From NCBI GenBank assembly GCA_951406725.2, contig OX597823.1, forward strand, positions 45,074,001 to 45,138,000: DNA of 64,000 bases. Direction: 5' to 3'. Positions 25,364 to 38,704 of the stretch are shown here, piece after piece (within the stretch, counting starts at the first letter, position 1; every line of letters begins with the position of its first letter). Position numbers and translations under genes: made by a program. This DNA comes from Octopus vulgaris (taxonomy: Eukaryota). The notes beneath the pieces were generated by a model that did no database searches, was not told the DNA's origin, and saw only the letters and a program-made list of their open reading frames with translations.

Positions 25364-25657
25364 AAATGGAGATACAGTTAATGGATAACAATTGATTTAC
25401 ATCAATTATAATTTATTAATTAATTACAAAAAAACTGGTTTCAGTTGGCATGATTCTCAGTTCTAACTGCCGCAATAAGTGATTCAATTTGGTATAACTA
25501 ATTACCAACAATTATAACTAACATTACTATTATTGTGGTGGTTAGAACTGAGAATCATGTTAACTGAAACAGCTGTAAGTTGAGATTCTGTCTTTTTGTA
25601 ATTAATTAATAAATGATAATTGATGTAAATCAATTGTTATCCATTGTATCTCCATTT
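25364..25657. mobile_element. Long fold-back (arms about 115-125 bp), Penelope-like terminus
   Basis: ATGGATAACAATTGATTTACATCAATTAT / ATAATTGATGTAAATCAATTGTTATCCAT; GAAACAGCTGTA in right arm. Confidence 0.65.
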
Positions 25658-25779
25658 TCTAGTTTCCTTGAATACTGATAAACTCTAGTTTATTTTTATC
25701 ATTACCTATCACTTATGAGCATTAACATCAATGCTCATTATTAAACACACCAGTGGATTCATTGGATGCAAGTTATCCA

Positions 25780-25960
25780 TCGCTAGCCACTACACATTCT
25801 TTATTTTCTCTCCTTGTTTCTTTCTGCGTTCCTTTCTGTGGAAGAGCGTAGGCTCGAAACATTAAAGACTTTTTCACTTCCCGAGCATTATACTAATACA
25901 TTTGTTTGTTGTCTACACCACCTGTCTTTGTCTTTTGTTTTTTTGTGAATTCTCCCCTAT
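25780..25960 (+). mobile_element. Penelope-like pLTR fragment with hammerhead-like motif (25832-25867)
   Basis: CTTT-CTGTGGA-A-GAGC-GTAG-GCTC-GAAAC-ATT-AAAG. Confidence 0.55.
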
Positions 25961-26332
25961 ACACACACACGCACACACACACATACACACACACACACAT
26001 GTAAAGTAAATGAGTGGAAATTTTACTGGTGAGTGTGTTAAATTATAAGGCAGGCACCAGATAGTTGTGTCAGTGACTTTTGCACAACCTCAAATTTTAG
26101 ATCCAATTAGGCTTACACAACATCTCACAGACCCTCTCTACCTTACTGACATATTCCAGAGATAATCCAGAGCAATATATCCAATGGTAATATAGTCCAC
26201 AAGCTCAGGAATGTGTGTGCTATGATCCCAAGCATAAGCAATAGATTTCCAAAATGTCTAATGCCATTCCCTGCATAGTTGGTTTTATATCTAAGTTATC
26301 TTCTCCTAGAGACATGCTTTAACAATATATGA

Positions 26333-26670
26333 GTGCAAGCATAGCTGTATGATAAGAATTTCACTTCCCAACCACATAGTCAAAGGTTCAGTCCTACTGC
26401 ATGGCACCTAAGCAAATGTCTTTTATTTCATCCCTGAGTAGGTTTGGTAGACAGAAACTGAAAGAAGCCTGTTGTATCTGTATATGTGTGTGTCTTTGTA
26501 TTTATGCTACACAACTTGACAACCACTGTTAGTTTGTTCACATCCTTGTAACAAAGTGGTTCAGTGAAGAGACTAATACAATAAGTACCAGGTTTAAAAA
26601 ATATTAGTACTGGTATTGATTTGTTTGCCTAAATACTTCAGAGTGGTGTTCCAGAATGATCGCAGTCAAA
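26333..26670 (+). mobile_element. SINE family A, degraded
   Basis: Homology to 2477-2886 with many transitions. Confidence 0.7.
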
Positions 26671-26747
26671 GATAAGAAAAAATATATATACACACACATC
26701 CACACACATCTCCTGATATAATAATGAATGTTGTGTTTTTATATATT

Positions 26748-26791
<44 letters not shown>

Positions 26792-27128
26792 TCCAAAATC
26801 ACACAGTAGGGGGTGAAAGGAGAAGAGAGAAAATAGTAATTCAGTGAAGGAGAAGTAGTGAGAGTAATAGCCATGACTGAGAGGGAGTGAGAGAAAGTAA
26901 TAGCAATGAGAGAGAGGTGGCAAAGAGAGTGTTGTGTATATTCTACTATAATAATCTACTATAGTAATACTCCTGTGTATTTCTCCGTTAGAGCATATAA
27001 ATGAGAAAGGAAGGCATGATCCACCAATGGAAGTGGGATGGTGAAAAGTCAATGGTGAAACTAAAATCAAATAGGGCTTCAAATCTGTGTAAGTATATGT
27101 GTGTGCATGTAAAAGGGAGGAATGCGAA

Positions 27129-27164
<36 letters not shown>

Positions 27165-27807
27165 TGTTTGTGTAAAATATATTTATATATTTGAGTGAGT
27201 GTGTATGTGTTTGTGTATGTTTATTTAGAAAGATACATAGAAAATAGAATTTCAGATACATGCGCATTTACACATACACATGTATATAAACAGACACACT
27301 TAAAAAGGAAGGAAGTAAGCTGTGACAAATTATAGAAAACTGTGTTCACTACAGACTGTGCTACTCATGCGCATAAATGTATACATATGCACACACACAC
27401 ACACGCAACACACAGAGTTGAAGCACTGTTTGGTTTTTTTTTCACCTTTTTTTGTACCCTTTTTATATATAAGCTACTACAATTAGCTCTCGTTTCTGAT
27501 GGCACGGGGCCAGCTAGTATAATAATAAAAACATAATATAGATTATAGTAAATATTTTTTGCACCTAAATACTAATTTAAGATTTAAAAGAGGAGCAGCA
27601 ATCATACTGCTGAGACTGAAGTTAAATATCTAATGCTTGTTGGCTGATCCCATTAACAATCACACTGAAATTTGATTTCCTTCTTTCTTAGATTTGATAC
27701 ATAAATCTTGTCAAAACCTCAGTTCCATTTATTAATGAATCAAAAAAAAAAATGAAAAAAGAGGAATCTTACACTGTCCAAGTGAGGGATATATCATCCA
27801 TAATTAT

Positions 27808-28039
27808 AAGGTGGCGAGCTGGCAGACACGTTAGCGTGCCAGGCGAAATGCTTAGCGGTATTTCATCTGTCATTACGTTCTGAGTTCAAATTCCGCCGAG
27901 GCCGACTTTGCCTTTCATCCTTTCGGGGTCGATAAATAAAGTACCAGTTTTGCACTGTGGTCGATGTAATCGACTTAATCCCTTTGTCTATCCTTGTTTG
28001 TCCCCACTATGTTTAGCCCCTTGTGGGCAATAAAGAACT
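27808..28039 (+). mobile_element. SINE family B, young, 19-bp TSD
   Basis: TSD ATATATCATCCATAATTAT at 27789-27807 and 28040-28058; A/B boxes; GCCTTTCATCCTTTCGGGGTCGATAAA core. Confidence 0.92.
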
Positions 28040-28619
28040 ATATATCATCCATAATTATCTATGAGGTGCTGTTGAAATGAAAATAGAATTATAGGCACCT
28101 TTGAAAGAATCGTGAAGTACAAATCAGATAACAGATTGCATGTAGTAGTAGCTGGCATATCCCAAAATCCTATTTGTAATAATTATGGAAGGGATGTACA
28201 CCCAGCTTTGAGAACGGCCACCAATAAAGTATCCACTCCAGTCACATACTGTTTAACCTTCAGCAACATATGTGGGAAATAAACATTTTCTTTTGTTACT
28301 TCCAAATACCTAACTTAGTCTTAAGGCTTATCAAAACTAGAATACGTTTATAACCCTGCAGGGAAAATAATAACAGGAAACAAAGCAATGTAGTGAAGTC
28401 TCAGTATTGAATGAATTATGTATATATTGTATGTTTAGTAAAAAGTAAAGCTTACTTTTTGAATAGGGTAAAAAAATAAATAAAAACAATGTGTTGCACA
28501 CCATTAATTAATTCATTCATTCATCCATTTATTCATTTATACTGTCAGCATCTGCCCTATTATGCTAATTAGCAACACCTGTTTAGCTCTGATCAAGGTA
28601 ATACAAAATAAAAATAGCT

Positions 28620-28852
28620 ATTTCTTTACTACCCACAAGGGGCTAAACACAGAGAGGACAGACAAGGACAGACAAATGGATTAAGTTGATTATATCGACC
28701 TCAGTGTGTATCTGGTACTTATTTAATCGACCCTGAAAGGATGAAAGGCAAAGTTGACCTCGGCGGAATTTGAACTCAGAACATAACGGCAGACGAAATA
28801 CCGCTAAGCATTTCGCCCCGCGTGCTAACGTTTCTGCCAGCTCGCCGCCTTC
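28620..28852 (-). mobile_element. SINE family B, young, 18-bp TSD (1 mismatch)
   Basis: TSD TACA[A/C]AATAAAAATAGCT at 28602-28619 and 28853-28870; reverse complement of the 27808 copy. Confidence 0.92.
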
Positions 28853-29908
28853 TACACAATAAAAATAGCTTTAAAGTATTAATCTTTCTGTAGACAGTTG
28901 ATGGGTAAGTCTTCTTTGATGAAGACCAGGAACTCATAAAGTGGACTCTTTTAACATTCTTTTAATCACAAATCTATACAGTGAGGTGCATCCATAATCA
29001 ATTTGTTTCTCTTTTTTCCTAGTTCAGAACAGTGTCTGTCTGACATTCAGTTATCAAATGGATAATCATTTAGCCAAATGGAGTTCTGTAATTCTTTTGT
29101 TTCACAGAACTCAAAAAAATATAGCTGCTCCATTCCATGAACTCTGATCATAACCACTCCAGTATCACTATTTTGATTCTTACTGAAATAAAAATGTCAA
29201 AAAATCTTTTTATATGATAAGAAAAATTCTTTAAGTTCTACCTCATTGTTGTTTTAGAACTTCAGTTTTATTCCAGTGAGTTGTCTTCGGGTCATGGAAC
29301 CTATCTAATTCTTCATTAATTACCAAAAAACATTGTATCTTTCATCTTCACTTCATTAATCATATTTTTTTATCCACATTTCTGCACAGAGAACAACTGC
29401 AACCCCCACATTTAATATCTTTCCAGCCAAGCAAGCTTGTACATATATAAACAATATCACTTCTAATCACTTTAGTTGATGTACTTCCACATTGCATGTC
29501 TTAGACACAAATGTTCATATTCTGACATTTTTATTACAATCATCCCAGCTATAACTCAAGCAGCACCAACATTACTTCTTACTAACCCCAGTGGAACTAA
29601 TTTTCTTCAACAAATCAGTATAAATATAGACACAAGATAACTGGAGAGCTTCTTTGAGGTTGTTTGATCCGCTAGAAATAGCAACTAAATCTCTCTCAAA
29701 ACACCCCTTAAAAATGTGAAGGACATATTAGATAATATTCCCATAACATCATGATGATCATGGTTGAAATGTCTTTGATTAAAGATTTTCTTAACAAGAA
29801 TTAATCAAAGATTAAACAACAAAATATACCCATAAACATACAACTGAGTGCAAACAACAATATATACATATACATATACATAGAAGTGTCAATTGTATAC
29901 AAGTACCA

Positions 29909-29967
<59 letters not shown>

Positions 29968-30077
29968 CATATATGTGTATGTATATATATACACACACAA
30001 ACTACTTTGTGCAACACCAATACTGTATGCATGTGTACACAAAAATACAAATTTAGAATTCTGTAATCATATTCTCT

Positions 30078-30425
30078 TACTTTAGTTTTAGTTATTGCAC
30101 TGTGTCCATGCTGGAGCACTGCCGTGAAGGGTTTAGTTGAACAAAACCTCAGTGTTTAAGTCAGGTACTTATTCTATCAGCCCTTTAGTCAAACCACTGA
30201 GTTACGGGGATGTAAACAAACCAATACTGGTTGTCAAGTGGAGGTGGAAGTACACACACACACACAAAATACACACATCATGGATTTCCCATGCAGTTTC
30301 ACTCACAAAGCATTAGTTAACTGAGGGCTGCCATAGAAGACACTTGCTCAGGAGGCTGTGCAGTGAGACTGAACTCAAAACTATTAGGTTGCAAAGCAAG
30401 TTTCATAATCCCAGTCATGACTGCT
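30078..30425 (-). mobile_element. SINE family A, degraded
   Basis: CCATGCTGGAGCAC...GTACTTATTCTATC...AGAAGACACTTGC. Confidence 0.7.
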
Positions 30426-30869
30426 TCTAAATGTAACGGCATCTTGGAATAAAATCCAGCCATACAACATGGATGTTCTTTAAAACATTTTTGTTTCAAA
30501 GGACATTTGTATCACAACTGTACAAAGGACATCTGCATAACATTTCAAAAAAACAAAAAAAAAAAAACAAAAAAAAAAACAAGATGTCTTTTTTTTTTAA
30601 AAAAAATATTTTTTCATTTCAATAGAAGACATTTTATACATGGTTTTCATCTCCATGAAATCCTTTGTAAGCTGAGTTACTATTCGTTAAGAGCAACTAA
30701 TGATTGACACATGATATATATATAAAGTCTGTGTGCTGTGTTTCTAATATTTCAGACAGGACTCTTCTTAAGAGAATTGAGATATAGTAAGGAATATCTT
30801 TGCCTTGGAATTCAGGTTTAGGACTTCCTTCAGCTGGAAATTGACTCAGGCTCAATTGCGAGGTCATGA

Positions 30870-31088
30870 ATATTGATTTCAAATTTTTGCACAAGGCCAG
30901 CAAATTCGTGGGAGGGGATAAGTCGAACACATCAACTCCAGAGCTCAACTGGTACTCATTTTACTGACCCTGAAAGGATGAAAGGCAAAGTCAACCTCAG
31001 TGGAATTTGAACTCGGAACATAAAGACAGATGAAATGTCACCACCCATTTTGCCTGGTGTATTGACAATTCTGCCAGCATGCTGCCTT
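30870..31088 (-). mobile_element. SINE family B variant
   Basis: GAAAGGATGAAAGGCAAAGTCAACCTC...GAATTTGAACTC. Confidence 0.8.
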
Positions 31089-31398
31089 CTGTGATCATAG
31101 ATACTGAAATGAATTTTAATTTACATACAACCCCACCTCTCTCTCTTGTGTTCTCACCACATCTCTGTTTGTCCGTCTGTATTACTATCTCTCCTTCTCA
31201 TCTTGATGTTGGTTTTATTAAGTATTAATCTCATTTAACAAGTGTACTACATTCTTGTAAATTCCTTTTTTCATTTCTTTCGCATTTGATCTTGACTTCA
31301 GGTCAGACATAAAATCTTTGATTAAATCTATTAGCCTTGAAATGAAGTGGATCAACTTTGCTACTTTACATATAAGATAATCTTTAAAAATGGAAGCA

Positions 31399-31627
<229 letters not shown>

Positions 31628-31856
31628 TAAGGCGTCGAACTGGCAGAAACGTTAGCACGCCGGGCGAAATGCATAGCCGTATTTCGTCTGTCGTTACGTT
31701 CCGGGTTCGAATTCCGCCGAGGTCGACTTTGCCTTTCATCCTTTCGGGGTCGATAAATTAAGTACCAGTTACGCACTGGGGTCGATGTAATCGACTTAAT
31801 CCCTTTGTCTGTCCTTGTTTGTCCCCTCTGTGTTTAGCCCCTTGTGGGTAGTAAAG

Positions 31857-31860
<4 letters not shown>
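31628..31860 (+). mobile_element. SINE family B, young, embedded in (TA)n
   Basis: Full head with GGTTCGAATTCC B box, CpGs retained, (TA)n on both sides. Confidence 0.92.
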
Positions 31861-31914
<54 letters not shown>

Positions 31915-32366
31915 AGAATAAACAAATATATGATAGAACAAAATAACTTGCAAGAGGCATGCTGATATCTCCTAACATACGACATGTCATCTCACAAGAA
32001 GCAAAAAACTAATGCATAAAACAAAAGTACAAAACAAAACAAAACAAAAAAAAACATTACAAAGAAAAGAACTGAATTAGTCATGGGAATTATAACCTAG
32101 TGATTTTAACAGTTCACACAGTAATTTAGCAATAAGCCAGGAAGTAATGAACTCGTGATATTTTGTAGAAAATTGTTTTATGCCGTCAATCTCTCATTCA
32201 GTTTCTTTTCTTATCATTGCATATATGATGCTTAACATCACGATTTCATGACCAAGATAGCATCAGTCCACAATTTTATATTACCTCATAACCATCATAC
32301 CAGACAGGTACCACTCAGTCAGTATATATACATACATCATCATCATCATCATCATCGTTTAGCGTC

Positions 32367-32404
<38 letters not shown>

Positions 32405-32813
32405 TGTATGTTTCTTGTATACTAAACATAACACATAGTCATATAGGTATTTATGTGTTTATGAGTTATCTATTTTTGTTGTTTATGTAAATATTTCTGG
32501 ATATATATATGAGTAGTTATAGAATATCATTATCAACTAATCTATCTCTTTATCTATCTATATATCAATACTTACCGATATATATATATGTGTGTGTGGA
32601 GTGTATAGAATATGAATGTTTATCGAATGTGGATGTTTATAATCCTGTATAATTTCTTAAATTATCAACTGAAGAAATCTTACTCTGGAGGTTTTTATAA
32701 ACAAACAATTTTGAAAAATTTAATAACAGCATAGATGACGCAGATATGTCTTCTTCTCTTTATTCAATGATTGCTCCTGATCTAGGAACTTTATCGTATA
32801 TTTTCAGTAGGTA

Positions 32814-32865
32814 TCATCATCATCAACATCACCATCATCATCATCATCATCATCACCATCATCAC

Positions 32866-32942
<77 letters not shown>

Positions 32943-32953
32943 CCACCACCACC

Positions 32954-33004
<51 letters not shown>

Positions 33005-33100
33005 GTTTAACGTCTGTTTCCCATGCTGGCATGGGTTGGATGATTTGACTGAAGACTGGCAAACCAGATGGCTGCACCAAGCTCCAATCTGATCTGACAA
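32814..33100 (-). mobile_element. Short RTE-type tail with expanded (GAT/GGT)n tail of about 190 bp
   Basis: (CAT)n(CAC)n followed by GTTTAACGTCTGTTTCCCATGCTGGCATGGGTTGG. Confidence 0.85.
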
Positions 33101-33185
33101 ATTATATAATTTGCTGAATCTCAGTGTCTCAATGGCAAGAAACAATTAGTAGATCTGATTTTAAATATAAAGTGTACTTGACATG

Positions 33186-33237
<52 letters not shown>

Positions 33238-33734
33238 AGAAGTTCAATTTTCTGAAAGCTTTGGCACTAAAACTATTCCAGGTTACTGGTTATTCCAAAC
33301 CAGGGGAGGCCACTGACCTTGGTCAACATACTCTAAATTAAACAAATATTAAATTTATTTTAATAATTAAATGAAATACAGGTACCTGTACATTAGTGTA
33401 AATCATATAAGTTTATTAATACTGTACTTATTAATTACTGATAATGACACAGTATTTCATTTTGCAACATTAATGTACCACCAAGTATATTAAAAGGTTT
33501 ACAAGTCAATACTGTGTCTTACTTTTTGTGTTAGCAGTGCAATGTTCTCACTTTAAGTTTATCTCCATAGATTTTCTATAGAATTCAGAGCTAGCATTGC
33601 AAGTTATAATGTTTTGTATAGAAATATGAATACATCTATGTAAACAATGTCAAAGATAGAAAAAAATAGGTGATGAGTGTATATGCATATTTCAAGAGTC
33701 ATTGCTCTTTTGTCAATACCACACCCAAAACATT

Positions 33735-33870
33735 AACTATCCACGAACACATTGCTTAAATGCTCACTAAGTTTAGTGGTGAAATGTTGTGACTTGCAGT
33801 TCTAGCTCTGAATTCAATAGAAAATCTTTGGAGATAAACTTAAAAGTAATACTTATCTGTGCAGAGTAGT
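33735..33870 (+). pseudogene. Possible Tc1 transposase remnant
   Basis: CTGAATTCAATAGAAAATCTTTGG = LNSIENLW, resembling the SPDLNPIENLW motif; disrupted. Confidence 0.4.
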
Positions 33871-34054
33871 AGTCTGTGCATGGTAGCAGTAAACTAGTCT
33901 GGCAGCCACAGGAATTTGAAGTTCCTGTTCATAAATTAGTGAAATTATAGGAGGTTCCAGACCATCAGTGTCTTGAAAGTTAGTACCATTTAGTCAGTAA
34001 AGATATGCAGTATAGTTCCTTGTATATTAAAGTTGGTATATACTTCTACAGGTA

Positions 34055-34685
34055 TTTGACAACTGGTGTATGTTTGTTTATATCCATGTAACTTAGTGGT
34101 TTAGCAAAAACACTGATAAAATAAGTACTAAGCTTGATTAAAAAATTCTGGAGTCGATTTGTCTTACTAAAATCCTTCAAGGTGATGCCCCTCCATGACC
34201 AAACTAATATGACTGAAAGAAGTAAAAGAGAAAAATAAAAGAAAATATATGCATAACATTTGACAAAATAATCTTTTCTACTCTAGGCACAAGGCCCAAA
34301 TTTTTGAGGGAGAGGGCCAGTCGATTAGATTGATCTCGGTATGCAACTGGTACGTAATTTATCGACCCCGAAAGGATGAAAAGCAAAGTCGACCTCGGTG
34401 GAATTTGAACTCAGAACATAAAGACATGAAATATCACTAAGCATTTCGCCCATTGTGCTAACGTTTCCGTCAGCTCAACACCTTTTTAAAATATTGTTTT
34501 CAACCATGAAACTCGAAGTGGATAAAGCTACAAATAATGTTTTCTACTATAGGCAAAAGGTCTGAAATTTTGTGGGAAGGGAAATAAGTTGATTACTTCG
34601 ACTCCAGTGCTCGCCTGGTGCTTATTTTAAAGATCCCGAAAGCATGAAAGGCAAAGTCGGCATCAGCGGAATTTAAACTCAGAAT
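34055..34685. mobile_element. Cluster: SINE A tail (+, 34055-34230) and two SINE B variants (-, 34268-34483 and 34535-34685)
   Basis: Homology to intact copies in window. Confidence 0.75.
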
Positions 34686-34729
34686 TAGCATTAACAAGTA
34701 ATGAACAATAATTCATCTAATTTTTCAAG

Positions 34730-34879
34730 CCAGTACCTCCTGACCAGCTGCAGCTCTCATTGCATAGCGGTGCTATTGATGCTCCACCTGTTTTTGACTC
34801 AGTCTCTCTTCAGTTGTCTCAGATTTCTATAAGTGGAGCACAGGGACCAGTGCAGCATTATATCTCTACCAATTCATAA
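34730..34879 (+). CDS. Candidate terminal coding exon, product unknown
   Basis: TTTTTCAAG acceptor; PVPPDQLQLSLHSGAIDAPPVFDSVSLQLSQISISGAQGPVQHYISTNS*; GC above flanks; AATAAA at 34987. Confidence 0.35.
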   Translation, partial: PVPPDQLQLSLHSGAIDAPPVFDSVSLQLSQISISGAQGPVQHYISTNS

Positions 34880-35241
34880 CAAATTAACACTTCTACCTCC
34901 ATGTCCTCTACATCAAAGTCATCAGTCATAGATCAGAAACAACAATTTACAGTATTATGGTTTTATTTTTTACATAGTTTACTGTCAATAAATTATGTAA
35001 GATATGTATTTGTATTTTATACTTTAGCTATCTGATGTTTATAATATTTTCTGTTATTTTATTACTATCGTGTTCATTTATTGTTTATACATTTCCAAGA
35101 CAATTGTTTAAACTAAATGACCTTTCCACTTAAGGAAGGCTCATTACATGTGTGTGTGTATGTGTGTGTGTGCATGTGTGTGTGTGTGAGAGAGAGTGTG
35201 TGTGTGTAGAGAGATATGTATATATATATATATATATATAT

Positions 35242-35426
35242 ATTTATTATATAGAAGGAGCTTTACAGGACTAGAACTGTTTCATTCAAGAGAAATCTTC
35301 GAAGATTTCTCTTGAATGAAACAGTTCTAGTCCTGTAGAAGCTCCTTCTATATAATAAATTAATTTTACTCTGCTATGTATTGAGTACCTTATTTACTGT
35401 GGTTAACCCCGAATCAACCCGGGACC

Positions 35427-35428
<2 letters not shown>
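35242..35428. mobile_element. Palindromic Penelope-like terminal fragment inserted in (TA)n
   Basis: 119-bp spacer-less palindrome (one 1-nt indel) centred at 35300/35301; same family in two opposed pieces at 63559-63633. Confidence 0.7.
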
Positions 35429-35461
<33 letters not shown>

Positions 35462-35490
35462 GAATGTATGTGTACATTATATATATATAT

Positions 35491-35888
35491 TACTCTTTTA
35501 CTCTTTTACTTGTTTCAGTCATTTGACTGCAGCCATGCTGGAGCACCGCCTTTAGTCGAGCAAATCGACCCCGGGACTTATTCTTTGTAAGCCCAGTACT
35601 TATTCTCTCGGTCTCTTTTTGCCGAACTGCTAAGTGACGGGGACATAAACACACCAGCATCGGTTGTCAAGCAATGCTAGGGGGACAGACACAGACACAC
35701 AAACACGCACACATATATATATATACATATATATGACGGGCTTCTTTCAGTTTCCGTCTACCAAATCCACTCACAAGGCTTTGGTCGGCCCGAGGCTATA
35801 ATAGAAGACACTTGCCCAAGGTGCCACGCAGCGGGACTGAACCCGGAACCATGTGGTTGGTAGGCAAGCTACTTACCACACAGCCACT
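35491..35888 (-). mobile_element. SINE family A, full length, young
   Basis: CpG-retaining near-consensus copy. Confidence 0.92.
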
Positions 35889-35913
35889 ACACACATATAT
35901 ATATATACACACA

Positions 35914-35946
<33 letters not shown>

Positions 35947-36009
35947 CTGTGTGTGTGTGTGTGTGTGTGTGCGTGCATGTGTGTGTGTGAGTGTGTGTGT
36001 ATATATCCT

Positions 36010-36490
36010 GTAACCCCTTTCACCAAACACGCCGCCCTTACTGTACTGACTAGTCTCTATCTACTCCCATGCATCTGCCATTCTTATTTTCCTTCGAACT
36101 GTAGTATATTATTCCAACTCAATCCTAATTCATTCTCTGTTCAGAAATGGAACTATCGTATTCCATTATCCTTTGTCATGGATTATCATCAAATCTCCAC
36201 CTACGGAAATGCTAATGGACTTTATCTTTTACCTATAACTCTATTTATTCTTTGATCATAGAACTACCAAACACATATACCTTTCATTCTGGTCTTTCCT
36301 TCATTTCTCGATGAGCTGGAAAGTAGTAATATCCTCAATTCAGGATATTCTTCATTTCTATATTTTCTTACTTCTCTTTCTCTCTCTCCCCAATGATGGA
36401 ATACTTAGCTTATGTGGCTATTTTAGAAACAGCTGTAAGAGATTTTACCTGTTCATAATAATTACTCCACACTATGTTTATATTCTATAT
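36010..36490 (+). mobile_element. Penelope-like 3' region with hammerhead-like motif (36383-36442)
   Basis: TCTCT..CCAATGA-TGGAATA...TATTTTA-GAAACAGCTGT-A-AGAGA. Confidence 0.5.
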
Positions 36491-36755
36491 TTAAATCAAA
36501 CTGGAATCTGATGCAGCTCTCCAGCTTGCCAACTCTGGTCAGACCATCCAACCCATGCCAGCATGGACAACAGATGTTAAATGATAATGATGATGATGAT
36601 GAAATTAAATGTTCTTTAGGTGATGCCAAATGTTTTACTTTTCCATTTTCTATTTTAATCTCTTTCTCTGTTTTCTCTCTCTCTTTTCTCTGTCTTCTCT
36701 CTGTCTTCTCCCTCTCTTCTCTCTCTCTCACTATTCAATATTTATCAGCTATTGG

Positions 36756-38050
36756 CTGAAATTCACACTGACATTCAGGCAACACTAAGCTGGCAAGGTC
36801 CTCATTTAATCTATTTAAGATAACCCTTCCAAAGATCTTCCCAGCAATACACAAAAGAGAGATACCTCTTTGGTTGTCAGATTCACGTTTGTTACCTTTG
36901 TGCTTATTAAGATGGACAATAGAAGCATCTTTGAACTCCTGTGGGACTGATCCTGATTCACATAACTTGTTCAGCAGGAGACTGCTACCACATTTATATA
37001 TATCTCGCCTGGTATGTCATCGTTCCCAGATGACTTACCATTCGTGAGCTGTTTAGTGGCCTTTTTTTATTTCAGCATTTGATGGAGTAACTGACAGTTC
37101 TTCAAGGACAGCCTTTGTGGTAGGTTGATGATCAGTTCTTCACCAACAATTGAGTCCATATTCAGAACATTCGAAAAGTGCTCTGCCCAGCACTTTGTGA
37201 TCTCCTTTTTATGTCAGAAGATTACTCTCAGTTGAAAGTATGGGAGTTGAGCCACCAGGCACAGGTCCAAAAACACCCTTTAAATTCTGGTAGAATGGCC
37301 TGGAGTTACATCTGTTGGCAGCATCTTGCAATTCTTGTGTCTTCCTTTCCCACCATATCTGTTTCCTTTGCCTCAGTTGAGATTGACATGTATTTCTAGC
37401 CTTTTTAAACTCACTGTGTTTTGTGGTATTATTTCTATTTGACATCCATTGAGAGAGGCACTTGTGCATATTGTCCAAAAGAGGATAGATGCTTGGATCA
37501 TTTGAGTCAAACCAATCTTAGTGCTTCCTTTTAACATATCCAAATGTTTTGTAAGATGACTCAAATACAGCATTTTTAAAAGCAGAAACCTTTGATTCCA
37601 AATCTGTGTTGTCTGAGATGCTAGCAAGTTTGTTGTCACAGGTTATTTGAAATTAAGTAAATTGTCATTGTTTCTCAGCTTTGTCAGATCCACTTTGCGT
37701 ATTGGTTGAGTGAAATTCACCTTTGATCATATCAGTCTATGGTCAGACTAGCACAACCCAATGGAGAAAGCTCGTGCTGCTTGGACATCTTCCCTTATGG
37801 AAGACTCCACAATTATGTAATCAATGAGGTGATAATGGTTTGATCAGGGATGCTTCCAGGTAGTTTTGTGGTGGTTGTGGAGTTGGAAAATAGTATTGGT
37901 AATCAAAAGTCCATACTCACTGCAAAGCGATAGCAGCAGATGACCATTTGAGTCTGCCTTGTCAACCCCATGCTTCCCTATTATGTCATCCAATATGGAT
38001 GTACCACAACCTACACGTGCATTGAAATCACCAAGGAGGAGAAATCTATA
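36756..38050 (-). pseudogene. Degraded RTE/BovB-like LINE ORF: AP endonuclease C-half to start of RT
   Basis: LLLGDFNARVG...IGKHGVDKADSNGHLLLSLCSEYGLLITNTIF...TWKHP...HLIDYII...SDHRLI; WWERKTQELQDAA...FYQNLKGVFGP; VPQEFKDASIVHL...RGISLLCIAGKIFGRVILNRL; stops and frameshifts. Confidence 0.9.
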
Positions 38051-38488
38051 TGATTTTGATTTTGATTTTTCCAGTTTCAGCTAATGAGCTGTGGCCATGC
38101 TGGGGCACCGCCATTGTAAATATTTGTATATAAATACAAAAAAAAACCCAAAGTGAAATATATGAGATTTAAGAATATAAATAAGAAACATAAAGCAATA
38201 TATATATATATATGTATACAACACATTTTGTTCAATGACCGTTGACTATTTATGAGTTCATCTGCCCTTTGACAGGTTTTGCTTTTTGTCCTGCAGGATG
38301 CCCAACAAACACACTCCTCACCAAGCAAGTTCAGTGGGGTTGCCAGTTTAGTTGCCGATGACCTGACCATTTAACATATTGTACTGGGTTACATGTTACC
38401 AGTAGTGCTCATTTATATATATATGTATATATATGTATATGTGTGTATGTATATATATATATATACATACATACACACACACGCACAC

Positions 38489-38527
<39 letters not shown>

Positions 38528-38552
38528 TATATATACATATATAAATACATAC

Positions 38553-38607
<55 letters not shown>

Positions 38608-38704
38608 TAGAGATAGCAGTCCCCATCATTACACCATATAAAAAGAATTTTAATTTAATACTTGCTACTCATTTCTAAATCTCTGCTACACATGTTTCTT
38701 GAGT

